Shown here: positions 9,179 to 17,958 of the stretch, piece after piece
How the letters are laid out: each line of letters starts with the position of its first letter
Numbering within the stretch: position 1 is the first letter of the stretch
Source of the DNA: Microcystis aeruginosa NIES-843
GTDB lineage: Bacteria; Cyanobacteriota; Cyanobacteriia; Cyanobacteriales; Microcystaceae
Length of the DNA stretch: 32,000 bases
Assembly: GCF_000010625.1 (NCBI RefSeq)
Contig: NC_010296.1
Location: forward strand, 2,880,001-2,912,000
Reading direction: 5' to 3'
Translations under genes and position numbers: made by a program
Notes under the pieces: generated by a model
The model's input: only the letters and a program-made list of their open reading frames with translations
Databases searched by the model: none
Told to the model about the DNA's origin: nothing

Positions 9179-9243
9179 AGTTTCAAACCGAGAAGCTACG
9201 ATGCCTCTCCTCATCCCTCATCTTATCTTGACGTTAAGCTCGG

Positions 9244-10011
9244 TTAGCTATCCTTTTGTCGGCGTTTCATCGCCAGACCCAAGCCACCAGCAGCCAGCAG
9301 CCCAACAACAGTCCCCGGTTCGGGAATAGCAAATTGGGTTTGGGTGAAGGTTTGTTTGAACTGGGAAATGACGGATATTCCCGGACCGCCAGGACCCATA
9401 ACAGCTGACCCATTCAACATAGTGCTGACTGAAGTTGAAACGGGAAGCCCTGGGAAGACTGCCGATGCTGTTAAGACGTCTGGAACGAGGTTCGAGTCTA
9501 CAACTGTTAGGCTGGTGGGGACTGTTGGTTCGCTAAAGTCATCCATGATTTGGACCAAATTAATCAGACCACCCGTTGCCGTCGAGTTTTGCAGTTCTAA
9601 TTTTGCCTCAGCCAGGCGTAGCGTTGTGGGAAGAACCGTGAGATTATACCCAAAAGAGGAGGTAAAATTTTGAGAAAAAGCCGGAGCACCTGCGTCGTAT
9701 TGCAGACCAGCAGATAAAGTTGACCCAAAACCAGTTACGGTGACTGCATTCGAGACATTTAATGGAATGATATTCATTCCCGCGTTGCCATTTATCCATT
9801 CGTCAAATAGCTTGTCAAAGGTGCCATCTCCGTTCTCATCAATTTTGATGTAAGCGCCCGAATTAAAAAGTTGTGTTAAGGTGATCGGCCCACCAACCAC
9901 GTTGGTGCCATCGAAATATTCTATTATGGCGGCTGCCTGGACCGGTGCAGTGGCGAGGCCTAGAAGAGCGGCGACGGCACTAGGAATGGTAAATCTGAGT
10001 AATTTTGTCAT
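9244..10011 (-). CDS. Secreted PEP-CTERM sorting-domain protein.
   Basis: The C-terminus is PEPGTVVGLLAAGGLGLAMKRRQK (PEP motif, TM helix, basic tail). A signal peptide MTKLLRFTIPSAVAALLGLATAPVQAAA starts at the internal ATG 10011, preceded by GGGAG. The ORF-track start at 10092 is less likely. Confidence 0.8.
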   Translation of the reverse strand: MTKLLRFTIPSAVAALLGLATAPVQAAAIIEYFDGTNVVGGPITLTQLFNSGAYIKIDENGDGTFDKLFDEWINGNAGMNIIPLNVSNAVTVTGFGSTLSAGLQYDAGAPAFSQNFTSSFGYNLTVLPTTLRLAEAKLELQNSTATGGLINLVQIMDDFSEPTVPTSLTVVDSNLVPDVLTASAVFPGLPVSTSVSTMLNGSAVMGPGGPGISVISQFKQTFTQTQFAIPEPGTVVGLLAAGGLGLAMKRRQKDS

Positions 10012-10415
10012 CTGTATAGACTCCCACAGAGGTAAAGTGGATGTATAAATTATTATCGCAATGCTAACAGCAAATTTTTCCTTTGTCAACACAGAATTGC
10101 CTATTTGTCAAGAGATCACTGAAAAATTAGACCTCTTGCAAAAGTCTTAAGTCGATCCTTGTACAGCAACATTTTTGAAGATTATCAACTACTAATAAAT
10201 AATTAACTGAAAGTCCCTCCCATTATTGTTTCTATCGTTTGTTTTCGGATTTATGCAAGAAGTCTATTGTCAACAGATCACTGAAAAGAGTTTCTCCCCA
10301 CTTCCCCACTTCCCTAGATCTGATTCATTCTCCGAATCTAATTCTTTGTTTTGTTACCTTTAATCGCTTATGAGGTAAGCAAAGCACGACGTTTTGACAA
10401 ATTTTCAGCTATTTA

Positions 10416-10511
10416 GGGTTTGCGGCAAAAAGTAGGGGCGAAGCATTCTGATAGAAAATCTCCGGTTTCACCGATAGGTTATGCCCGAATGCTTCGCCCC
10501 TACAGGACGCG
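10416..10511. mobile_element. Hairpin MITE module (GTAGGGGCGAAGCATTC ... GAATGCTTCGCCCCTAC), a copy of 8385-8482 with its loop inverted.
   Basis: Direct comparison shows shared sequence through CTACAGGACGCG. This copy overlaps the last codons of the histidine kinase. Confidence 0.65.
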
Positions 10512-12887
10512 ATCGCCGCTCAAGTGGCCAGAAAAAGCCAGATCAGCAGTCTCGATTACCTTTAATAGCTGTTCGATGCGGTTTTCCGTCGGGGGGGCCA
10601 AACAGGGAAAAACGGCTAAACCGGGGATTTGATTGGCCACCTCGGTGACAGCCACATCAAGGGTGACTAGGGGTAAATTAGCGAGGGTTTGCGACTCGCT
10701 CAAGGTTTGCAGATAAGAGTATAAATCTTCTGCGATCGAACTATCGATTAAGATAGCGTCCACCTCCCAGACACCAGCTAAAAGTTCCGCCTGTTCGCAA
10801 CTATCGGCCTCAATAAAACGATAATTCTCCCGAACTAATTGATTATTCCAAATCCAGCTAAAGGAAGATAAATCGGAGAAATTGGGGGCATAATGGCCGT
10901 GTAAACGCAGCAGAGTCGGAGCAGTGCGCCGTTTGCGGCTAGGAATGGGGGAAACGGTCAGATTCAGGCAAGCTTGCAGCGCTGCCGATGTGATCGGCGG
11001 AACCAGAAAACTATCGGCCCCTTGCTGTTGACTGCGGTTGCGCTCAGAATCAGCGGCGGTGACAATAACTTTCATATCTTTGGTTTGGGGATGGGATTTC
11101 AGCAGCGTTAACACATCCCAACCGGACAACAGGGGTAGATTGGGATTGAGAAAAACACAACGGGGTTTTAACTGACGGGCTTTTTCGATCGCCTCAGTGC
11201 CGCTACGGGCGATAATGGCTTTTAATCCCAATTCACTCAAGCGATCGACAAACTGTTCGATCACTTGGGGATTAGCTTCCACCACTAACACCAGACGCTG
11301 GGGAGTGGCGGACTCCTGCTCGGCACCTTGAGGATGAACCGGCAGCAGTAAAGTGAATTGACTCCCTTCCCGGTCCTTGGAGACAAAGGATAGATCGCCA
11401 CCGTGACAGCGCGCTAATTTTTGGCTGAGGAGTAAACCTAAACCTGCACCCTCAAATTGACGGGTGAAAGGACTTTCTAGCTGTTGGAATTTCTGAAAAA
11501 TCAGATGCTGGGATTCTTCCGGAATACCGATCCCCGTATCCCAGACGGTAAAAGCCAGCCAATTTTCCCAACGATTGACTTTAATGCCGAAATTACCGCC
11601 ATCAATGGTGAATTTAACCGCATTATCTAACAAATTCACTAACATCTGTTGTAAACGGGCTTCATCGGCCAGGGCATAATCTAACCCTGATTCAATGTCA
11701 AGACGATAGCTGCCGGGGAGATCGAGACGTTGGGGATACTTATCGACGATGATATCGTACACCCGTTGACAGAGGCGATCGATTTTGACTCTAGTGAAAG
11801 TTAATTTTAGTTGTCCTGTCTCCAGGCGGGTTAAATCGAGGAGATCATTGACCAAAGCCATCAACTGGCGACCGCTGCGATAGATTAAATCGGCATATTT
11901 CGACTGTCGGGGGTTAAGTTCACCGATTTTTTGTTCCCGCAGCAGATTGGAGAGACCGATCACGGCGGTGAGGGGCGATTTAAACTCATGGCTGACACAG
12001 GCGAGAAATTCATCCTTAAGACGATTTAAATGGACTAAATCGGCATTTTTAACCGCTAATTCCTGACAATATTGCTGTTGTTCCGTGATATCGGTGGCCA
12101 ACAGTAACCACAGTCCCGAAGTTTTCTCGATCAAGGGATAATTATCCGCCCAATTTAACGGCACGGACAACAGTCGCCAAGTCTTGGCTAAACCCGATGT
12201 CACCGTTTCTAGACGCTGGGGAAACAGGGGGGGGGTGGGGGATGGGAGGGTTAAGGGGTCATTAACCAAAGCAAAGGGAGATTTATCGATATTAGCGGGG
12301 AAAGCCGCCCCGATTTGTTGACACCAAGCCTGATTTTGGTATAAAATTCCCGCTTCTGGACTGTAGAGCAGCAGCGGCAGCGGTAATTGTTCCAGAAATT
12401 CCAGAGGACGATCGCTGCGGGGGGGGGGATTGCGATCGCTGATGCGGGGCTGCGGGGGAGGATCATCGAGAATCGAGCGCCCGAGACAAAATTGGAGAAG
12501 TTTGCCCGTGTCTAAGCGTCCTAACAGTTTGCCCTGAGCATCCACTAAAATGGGGACTAAGGCGAGCGCTTCTCCCGTCAGGGTTGCCAGAAACTCACTT
12601 ACGGCCATGCGAGCGTTAAGAGGGATAATCGGACGCAGCCAACCGCTCAGATCCAGGCAGCTGGAGGAGGGGTTTTTGGTGTCGGGGTGCTGTTGTTGAT
12701 AGAGGAGGTAAGCAATCAGGGTTTGACTCTCAATCAGTCCTAGGGGACAATACCGCTCATCCACCACCACGATCGCTTCTGGATTGCCCGTATTAATTAA
12801 ATCGCAAAGACTGGCCCGGTCAATAATTAATTCACAGGCAGTGACGGATTGATTAAAGTGATCGAGGCTGAGGGTAACGCTAGGCAT
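10500..12887 (-). CDS. Hybrid sensor histidine kinase: CBS pair, PAS-like region, HisKA, HATPase, pseudo-receiver, and a second degenerate receiver-like domain.
   Basis: H-box CVSHEFKSPLTAV and G2 box GAGLGLLLSQKLARCHGG. The receiver-like domain has EA in place of DD, Asn (codon 11145-11147) in place of the phospho-Asp (FLNPNLP), and no conserved Lys (FLVPP). Confidence 0.85.
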   Translation of the reverse strand: MPSVTLSLDHFNQSVTACELIIDRASLCDLINTGNPEAIVVVDERYCPLGLIESQTLIAYLLYQQQHPDTKNPSSSCLDLSGWLRPIIPLNARMAVSEFLATLTGEALALVPILVDAQGKLLGRLDTGKLLQFCLGRSILDDPPPQPRISDRNPPPRSDRPLEFLEQLPLPLLLYSPEAGILYQNQAWCQQIGAAFPANIDKSPFALVNDPLTLPSPTPPLFPQRLETVTSGLAKTWRLLSVPLNWADNYPLIEKTSGLWLLLATDITEQQQYCQELAVKNADLVHLNRLKDEFLACVSHEFKSPLTAVIGLSNLLREQKIGELNPRQSKYADLIYRSGRQLMALVNDLLDLTRLETGQLKLTFTRVKIDRLCQRVYDIIVDKYPQRLDLPGSYRLDIESGLDYALADEARLQQMLVNLLDNAVKFTIDGGNFGIKVNRWENWLAFTVWDTGIGIPEESQHLIFQKFQQLESPFTRQFEGAGLGLLLSQKLARCHGGDLSFVSKDREGSQFTLLLPVHPQGAEQESATPQRLVLVVEANPQVIEQFVDRLSELGLKAIIARSGTEAIEKARQLKPRCVFLNPNLPLLSGWDVLTLLKSHPQTKDMKVIVTAADSERNRSQQQGADSFLVPPITSAALQACLNLTVSPIPSRKRRTAPTLLRLHGHYAPNFSDLSSFSWIWNNQLVRENYRFIEADSCEQAELLAGVWEVDAILIDSSIAEDLYSYLQTLSESQTLANLPLVTLDVAVTEVANQIPGLAVFPCLAPPTENRIEQLLKVIETADLAFSGHLSGDRVL

Positions 12888-12929
12888 GGGGATAATTGGG
12901 TGGGCGGTGGCGGTAACTTTAGGGCATAA

Positions 12930-13150
12930 TTAGGGTTTGCGGCAAAAAGTTTTTCGGTGGGGGCAGGGTGTAGGGTGTAGGGTGTAGGGTATAGGGTTTT
13001 ACCGATTTTCAGGTGGTCAATTACCTAATTTTCAGGGCAAAAGTCCCGGAATTTTCCCCCTGCTCACTCCCATCCCCGGCACTTTTGGATTTCAAAAAGG
13101 TCTAAAAGTATTATCCAACAAGGTTTTTAGATTTATTCAGCCAGCCCTAA
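12930..13150 (+). mobile_element. MITE-like element, family A, copy 2, with an internal (GGGTGTA)n array.
   Basis: Colinear with 2899-3116. It sits in the divergent HK-kaiA intergenic region. Confidence 0.75.
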
Positions 13151-13348
13151 TTAACAAACTGATGGCCAAACTATTAGTAGTCCTAGAACTTGAATCTACC
13201 TTGATTATGACGCTCGCTCATCTAGACGGCCTCCCCATTGATTACAATTAACTACAATACCCACTGCCAAAAAGCAAAGTTAACTTTAACTTCCCCGATC
13301 TGATGGCGAGGGGGTTGTCTTCTCAACAGAGAAAGCCTAACCTATAGT

Positions 13349-14314
13349 TTGTTATTTTCTATCTACCTTGCGGGTGAGAAAACGTTGCCTCCGAGACTGA
13401 CTATTTATGCTTTTGTCCCAACGGACCCACCCTTGACGGGAGTGAGTTCACCTCCGGGGCTGGTTAATTCTTTGACGGCTTTATTGGCTAATGAACGCTA
13501 TCATCTGACCCTAGGGTCGTCTTCTAGCGAATTACTGGCTAATATCGAGGCACAGAAGGAAAAAATCGATTGTTTGCTGGTGGTCTTTCATCCTTCCCTA
13601 CAGCCGACTTTTAATCAACTCTACGAAGGGGGGATTTTACTGCCAGTAGTGATCATTGTCGCTGACAAGAACATCACTGCCAAGACGAATGACTCTCCCA
13701 CCTGTCTCTATCATAGTGCCGAATTACAAATCACCGTCAACGAATTAGACAGCATCACCTCGGTCATCGACCAAGCGATCGCTCGATTTCTCCATTTAGC
13801 TCCTAATTGCTCTTTTTCCGAACCTACCACGATTGTTAACCAACCAAATCCCGTGGAAAATAATCACAGTTTTCTCCTCCTACAACAGCGCCGTTTAGCG
13901 GAAAAATTAAAAGAAAGACTCGGCTATTTAGGTGTTTACTACAAACGCAACCCGCAGCTATTCTATCGCAATCTTGCCCCGGAGGAAAAAAAAGAATTAC
14001 TACGGGAAGTAAGAGCAGATTATCGGGAGATTATTTTAAATTACTTCCAACAGGATTATCCGATTAATCAAGCGATCGATGAGTTGGTTAATAATGTCTT
14101 TTTTACCGATCTCTCAGTGTCGCAAATTCTGGAAATTCACATGGAGTTAATGGATGAATTTTCCCAACAGTTAAAATTAGAAGGCAGAAGTGAGGAAATT
14201 CTCCTAGATTATCGTCTCGCTCTCATTGATATCCTTGCTCACTTGGGGGAAATGTACCGTCGTTCCATACCTCGCGAGGATATCCCTTATGATTTATTAT
14301 TGGGAATAGACTAA
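13349..14314 (+). CDS. kaiA: Circadian clock protein KaiA.
   Basis: The C-terminal EIHMELMDEFSQQLKLEGRSEEILLDYRLALIDILAHLGEMYRRSIPRE is canonical KaiA. There is no in-frame ATG, so the start must be TTG 13349 or TTG 13385. Confidence 0.9.
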   Translation: MLFSIYLAGEKTLPPRLTIYAFVPTDPPLTGVSSPPGLVNSLTALLANERYHLTLGSSSSELLANIEAQKEKIDCLLVVFHPSLQPTFNQLYEGGILLPVVIIVADKNITAKTNDSPTCLYHSAELQITVNELDSITSVIDQAIARFLHLAPNCSFSEPTTIVNQPNPVENNHSFLLLQQRRLAEKLKERLGYLGVYYKRNPQLFYRNLAPEEKKELLREVRADYREIILNYFQQDYPINQAIDELVNNVFFTDLSVSQILEIHMELMDEFSQQLKLEGRSEEILLDYRLALIDILAHLGEMYRRSIPREDIPYDLLLGID

Positions 14315-14370
14315 AATATCCCCAATAAATAACAATGAACTCATATCCCCAGCCCCTTTGATCTTAACCT

Positions 14371-14685
14371 ATGAGCGTCTTTAAAAAAACCTATGTTTTA
14401 AAACTGTACGTCGCTGGGAACACCCCCAACTCCGTGCGCGCCTTGAAAACCCTGAAAAATATCCTAGAAGAGGAATTTCAGGGAGTTTATGCGCTCAAGG
14501 TGATTGACGTGCTGAAAAACCCGCAACTAGCGGAGGAAGACAAGATTCTCGCTACTCCTACCCTCGCGAAAGTCCTCCCTCCCCCGGTGCGGAAAATTAT
14601 CGGTGATTTGTCCGATCGAGAGAAGGTTCTGATCGGTTTAGACTTACTGTACGAGGAAATTCGTGAACGAGAAAATGATAGCTAG
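14371..14685 (+). CDS. kaiB: Circadian clock protein KaiB.
   Basis: [26 protein letters not shown]...[35 protein letters not shown] is canonical KaiB. Confidence 0.95.
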   Translation: MSVFKKTYVLKLYVAGNTPNSVRALKTLKNILEEEFQGVYALKVIDVLKNPQLAEEDKILATPTLAKVLPPPVRKIIGDLSDREKVLIGLDLLYEEIRERENDS

Positions 14686-14878
14686 GCCTTCGGCAATAGG
14701 TGATTAGACGGGTTATATTTATTGAAGGAGAAATGATCGGGGCGTAATCTAGTACGTTTATGGGAAAGTCAAGAGTCAAGGGACATCAAGATGGTATAAA
14801 GTATCTAGTCAGGCCTGATATGTTTCTGTGGAAAAATTAGATAAAAATCCTACTCTTTAAATATTCGCTGGATAAATA

Positions 14879-16441
14879 ATGACTCAATCTAACTCTAATA
14901 GCCAATTGAATCCACCGATTAAACCGAAAGGTGTTCGCAAAATTAGAACCCTAATTGAAGGTTTTGATGAGATCACTCACGGTGGTTTACCCATGGGGCG
15001 AACTACCTTAGTTAGTGGCACTTCTGGCACGGGAAAAACCCTGCTTGCTGTGCAATTTCTCTACCACGGGATCAAGTATTTTGACTATCCGGGACTGTTT
15101 GTTACTTTTGAAGAATCTCCCACCGATATTATCCAAAATGCCTATAGTTTTGGTTGGGATTTAGAAGAATTAATTGACCAGGGTAAGTTATTTATTCTCG
15201 ATGCTTCTCCGGATCCGGAAGGTCAAGAGGTGGTGGGTAGTTTTGATCTTTCGGCCCTGATCGAGCGCATTCAATACGCAATTACCAAATATAAAGCAAA
15301 ACTGGTATCAATTGACTCTGTAACTGCTGTTTTTCAGCAGTACGAAGCGGTGTCAGTGGTGCGGCGGGAAATTTTTCGGCTCGTGGCCCGGTTAAAATTA
15401 TTAGGAGTGACTTCAATTATGACCACGGAACGTATCGAAGAATACGGAGCGGTGGCCCGTTTTGGTGTAGAGGAATTTGTCTCTGATAATGTGGTAATTA
15501 TGCGGAACGTCCTAGAGGGAGAAAGGCGACGCAGAACGGCGGAAATCCTCAAATTACGGGGAACAACCCACATGAAGGGGGAATATCCCTTTACTATCAC
15601 CAATGATGGCATTAATATCTTCCCCCTCGGTGCGATGCGTTTAACTCAGCGCTCCTCTAATGTCCGCATTTCTTCGGGAGTAAAAACCCTCGATGATATG
15701 TGTGGGGGCGGTTTTTTCAAGGATTCGATTATTTTGGCTACAGGAGCAACAGGTACGGGTAAAACTCTCTTAGTCAGTAAATTTCTGGAAGAAGGCTGTC
15801 GGCGCGGTGAGCGGGCGATTTTGTTCGCTTATGAAGAATCTCGCGCCCAATTGTCCCGAAATGCTTCTTCTTGGGGGATCGATTTTGAGGAGATGGAACG
15901 CAAGGGATTATTAAAATTATTGTGTTCTTACCCGGAATCGGCGGGATTAGAAGACCATTTACAGATGATTAAGTCGGAAATCTCGGAATTTAAACCCTCC
16001 CGTATTGCCATCGATTCTCTATCGGCGCTCGCGCGCGGGGTGACAAATAATGCTTTTCGGCAATTTGTGATCGGGGTGACAGGATACGCCAAACAGGAGG
16101 AAATTACGGGATTTTTCACCAATACCACCGACCAATTTATGGGAGCGCACTCGATCACCGAATCCCATATTTCTACGATTACCGACACGATTTTAATGTT
16201 GCAGTATGTGGAAATTCGCGGCGAAATGTCGCGAGCGATTAACGTCTTTAAGATGCGCGGTTCTTGGCACGATAAAGGGATTCGTGAATATACTATCAGT
16301 CAGGACGGGGCCGATATCAAGGATTCTTTCCGCAATTACGAGCGGATTATTAGTGGTTCCCCGACTAAAATTAGCGTCGATGAAAAGACTGAATTATCGC
16401 GGATTGTTCGCAATGTACGCGAAAAATTACAGGATGAATAA
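14879..16441 (+). CDS. kaiC: Circadian clock ATPase/autokinase KaiC.
   Basis: Duplicated RecA-like halves with Walker A motifs GTSGTGKT and GATGTGKT. The phosphosite context is ESHISTITDTILMLQYVEIRGEMSRAINVFKMRGSWHD. Confidence 0.97.
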   Translation: MTQSNSNSQLNPPIKPKGVRKIRTLIEGFDEITHGGLPMGRTTLVSGTSGTGKTLLAVQFLYHGIKYFDYPGLFVTFEESPTDIIQNAYSFGWDLEELIDQGKLFILDASPDPEGQEVVGSFDLSALIERIQYAITKYKAKLVSIDSVTAVFQQYEAVSVVRREIFRLVARLKLLGVTSIMTTERIEEYGAVARFGVEEFVSDNVVIMRNVLEGERRRRTAEILKLRGTTHMKGEYPFTITNDGINIFPLGAMRLTQRSSNVRISSGVKTLDDMCGGGFFKDSIILATGATGTGKTLLVSKFLEEGCRRGERAILFAYEESRAQLSRNASSWGIDFEEMERKGLLKLLCSYPESAGLEDHLQMIKSEISEFKPSRIAIDSLSALARGVTNNAFRQFVIGVTGYAKQEEITGFFTNTTDQFMGAHSITESHISTITDTILMLQYVEIRGEMSRAINVFKMRGSWHDKGIREYTISQDGADIKDSFRNYERIISGSPTKISVDEKTELSRIVRNVREKLQDE

Positions 16442-16454
16442 TCGGGAGTTGACT

Positions 16455-16612
16455 AGACCTCTTGTAACAATCAAAAATTGTTGTTAGGGTTAGGAGTCAG
16501 TAGCCAGTAGTCAGTAGTCAGGAGAATTAAGAATGAATAATAATCAATTAAAGGGTCTATTTACAGATTTTAGGTAATTTAATCCTTATTTTTGCCGTTT
16601 TTGACCCCTGAA
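16455..16612. repeat. ~155-bp dispersed repeat whose inverted partner is at 23705-23861.
   Basis: The core 16488-16553 differs by about one mismatch from the reverse complement of 23764-23829. The flanks are ~75-80% similar by eye. Confidence 0.7.
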
Positions 16613-16754
16613 ACATTAATTATGCAAGAAGTTGACTGATACTAAATCCGGTTATCAAAGACTGATTATCTATTGCCCCTTTTGCCTTTTGACTCTTGCA
16701 TGAGTGCCTATCCTGATATGTAACCTATACTCAACGGATTTAATATGATTGAGA

Positions 16755-17750
16755 TTATTTTGAAGAGCGATCGGGTAAAGTCGGTCTTAGGGAAAATAAC
16801 CACCAGATCAATAAACCTAATATAATCCAGAGAATATCTTTAACCCGGCGAATTACAGAAATCGCTAAACCTAATTCTAGACTACCGGTTAAAGAAGCAC
16901 CCAGCAGCACTAAAGAACCTTCTAAAGTACCGATATTAGCGGGAATAAAAAAGGTTCCAGCGCGCACCAATTGGGCAACGGAATCAAATAACCAAGCATC
17001 GGCAAAACTGATCGGATGTTGGAGAAACTCCATTAAAACATAGATTTCTAAAACTCCGAGGGGCCAATTGAGAAAACCGACGATCAAGCCATTTCTAAAT
17101 AGTGGCAGATTCCGGTAAAATTCCCCTAAACGATCATCGACACTGCGAAGATTTTCTAAAGGTTTAGCTAGGCGATCGCCTAAAAAAGAATGACCTAATC
17201 GATTAACTATTCTGGAGGATAAACGGAATCGCTGAATCAAGAAAAATATCAGGATACAACTGGAGAATATAGCGAGACTTAATCCAGTAAAAGTTTTAAA
17301 AGAATTGGAGAATTTTGGGGAAGCTAGGAGCAGAAAAAAACCGATAATTGCAAAGAAGACAAGGGAAGCAGTATTTAATGTCTTGGTCAAAATAATCGAG
17401 GCACTGGTTTCTTTATAGCTAATCTGATAGTGAGTTTTCAACATCACTGCTTTAAAACCTTCTCCTCCCAAAGAAGCGAAGGGAGTCACGCGATTAAAGG
17501 CGGCCCCTACCATGTAAATTAATAATAGGCGAATTGTCCATCGAGGTTGGATAGGAATACTTTTAAAAGTTAGTTGCCAAGTAAAAACATCGGTGAGAAA
17601 TTCTAGGAAATAAAAAATAATTACTAATGTCATTCCCCACCAACCGACTAGGGTGATTTGTTGCCAAACTTCTTGCAGATTTGTTTGGCGTAAAATTACC
17701 CCTAGTAAAACAAAACCTAAACCCAGAAAGATAAATTTAAGATATTTCAT
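16755..17750 (-). CDS. Flippase-like / lysylphosphatidylglycerol-synthase TM-domain (UPF0104) membrane protein.
   Basis: Polytopic, with the motif AAFNRVTPFASLGGEGFKAVML typical of the LPG_synthase_TM family. The start is probably MKYLKF at 17750, because the ORF-track start lies inside a GGCAATAG repeat. Confidence 0.65.
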   Translation of the reverse strand: MKYLKFIFLGLGFVLLGVILRQTNLQEVWQQITLVGWWGMTLVIIFYFLEFLTDVFTWQLTFKSIPIQPRWTIRLLLIYMVGAAFNRVTPFASLGGEGFKAVMLKTHYQISYKETSASIILTKTLNTASLVFFAIIGFFLLLASPKFSNSFKTFTGLSLAIFSSCILIFFLIQRFRLSSRIVNRLGHSFLGDRLAKPLENLRSVDDRLGEFYRNLPLFRNGLIVGFLNWPLGVLEIYVLMEFLQHPISFADAWLFDSVAQLVRAGTFFIPANIGTLEGSLVLLGASLTGSLELGLAISVIRRVKDILWIILGLLIWWLFSLRPTLPDRSSK

Positions 17751-17884
17751 AAGTAGTCGTGCCAAATTAATTTCTTGGTTAGGATAGGCAATAGGCAATA
17801 GGCAATAGGCAAGAAGTAGTTAGATAGGTGTAATTAATTTTGCTTAGGTACTTACTAAATCCTGTTTAAAAGGTCTAGGAGAGC

Positions 17885-17958
17885 GGGAAGTGGGGAAGTG
17901 GGGTAGTGGGGAGATGGGGAATTATGAATTATAACTGATAACTGATAACTGATAACTA
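17885..17958. repeat. Composite STR block: (GGGGAAGT)-like G-rich units, then GGAATTATGAATTAT, then (ATAACTG)x4.
   Basis: Read directly. It has the same architecture as 28093-28266, and the last unit overlaps the sulfotransferase stop codon. Confidence 0.85.

Noticed and set aside
10420-10632. 70-aa plus-strand ORF.
   Set aside because: It starts inside the hairpin MITE and runs antisense to the histidine kinase 3' end. The sequence is Arg/Ser-rich and junk-like.
14733-14747. Four-codon mini-ORF (ATG ATC GGG GCG TAA) preceded by a strong GAAGGAG in the 193-nt kaiB-kaiC spacer.
   Set aside because: It is too short to evaluate and may be coincidental. It is noted only because the spacer is longer than expected for a kaiBC operon.
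16206-16487. 93-aa plus-strand ORF overlapping the kaiC 3' end.
   Set aside because: It is an alternative frame of kaiC that extends into the repeat, with no independent support.
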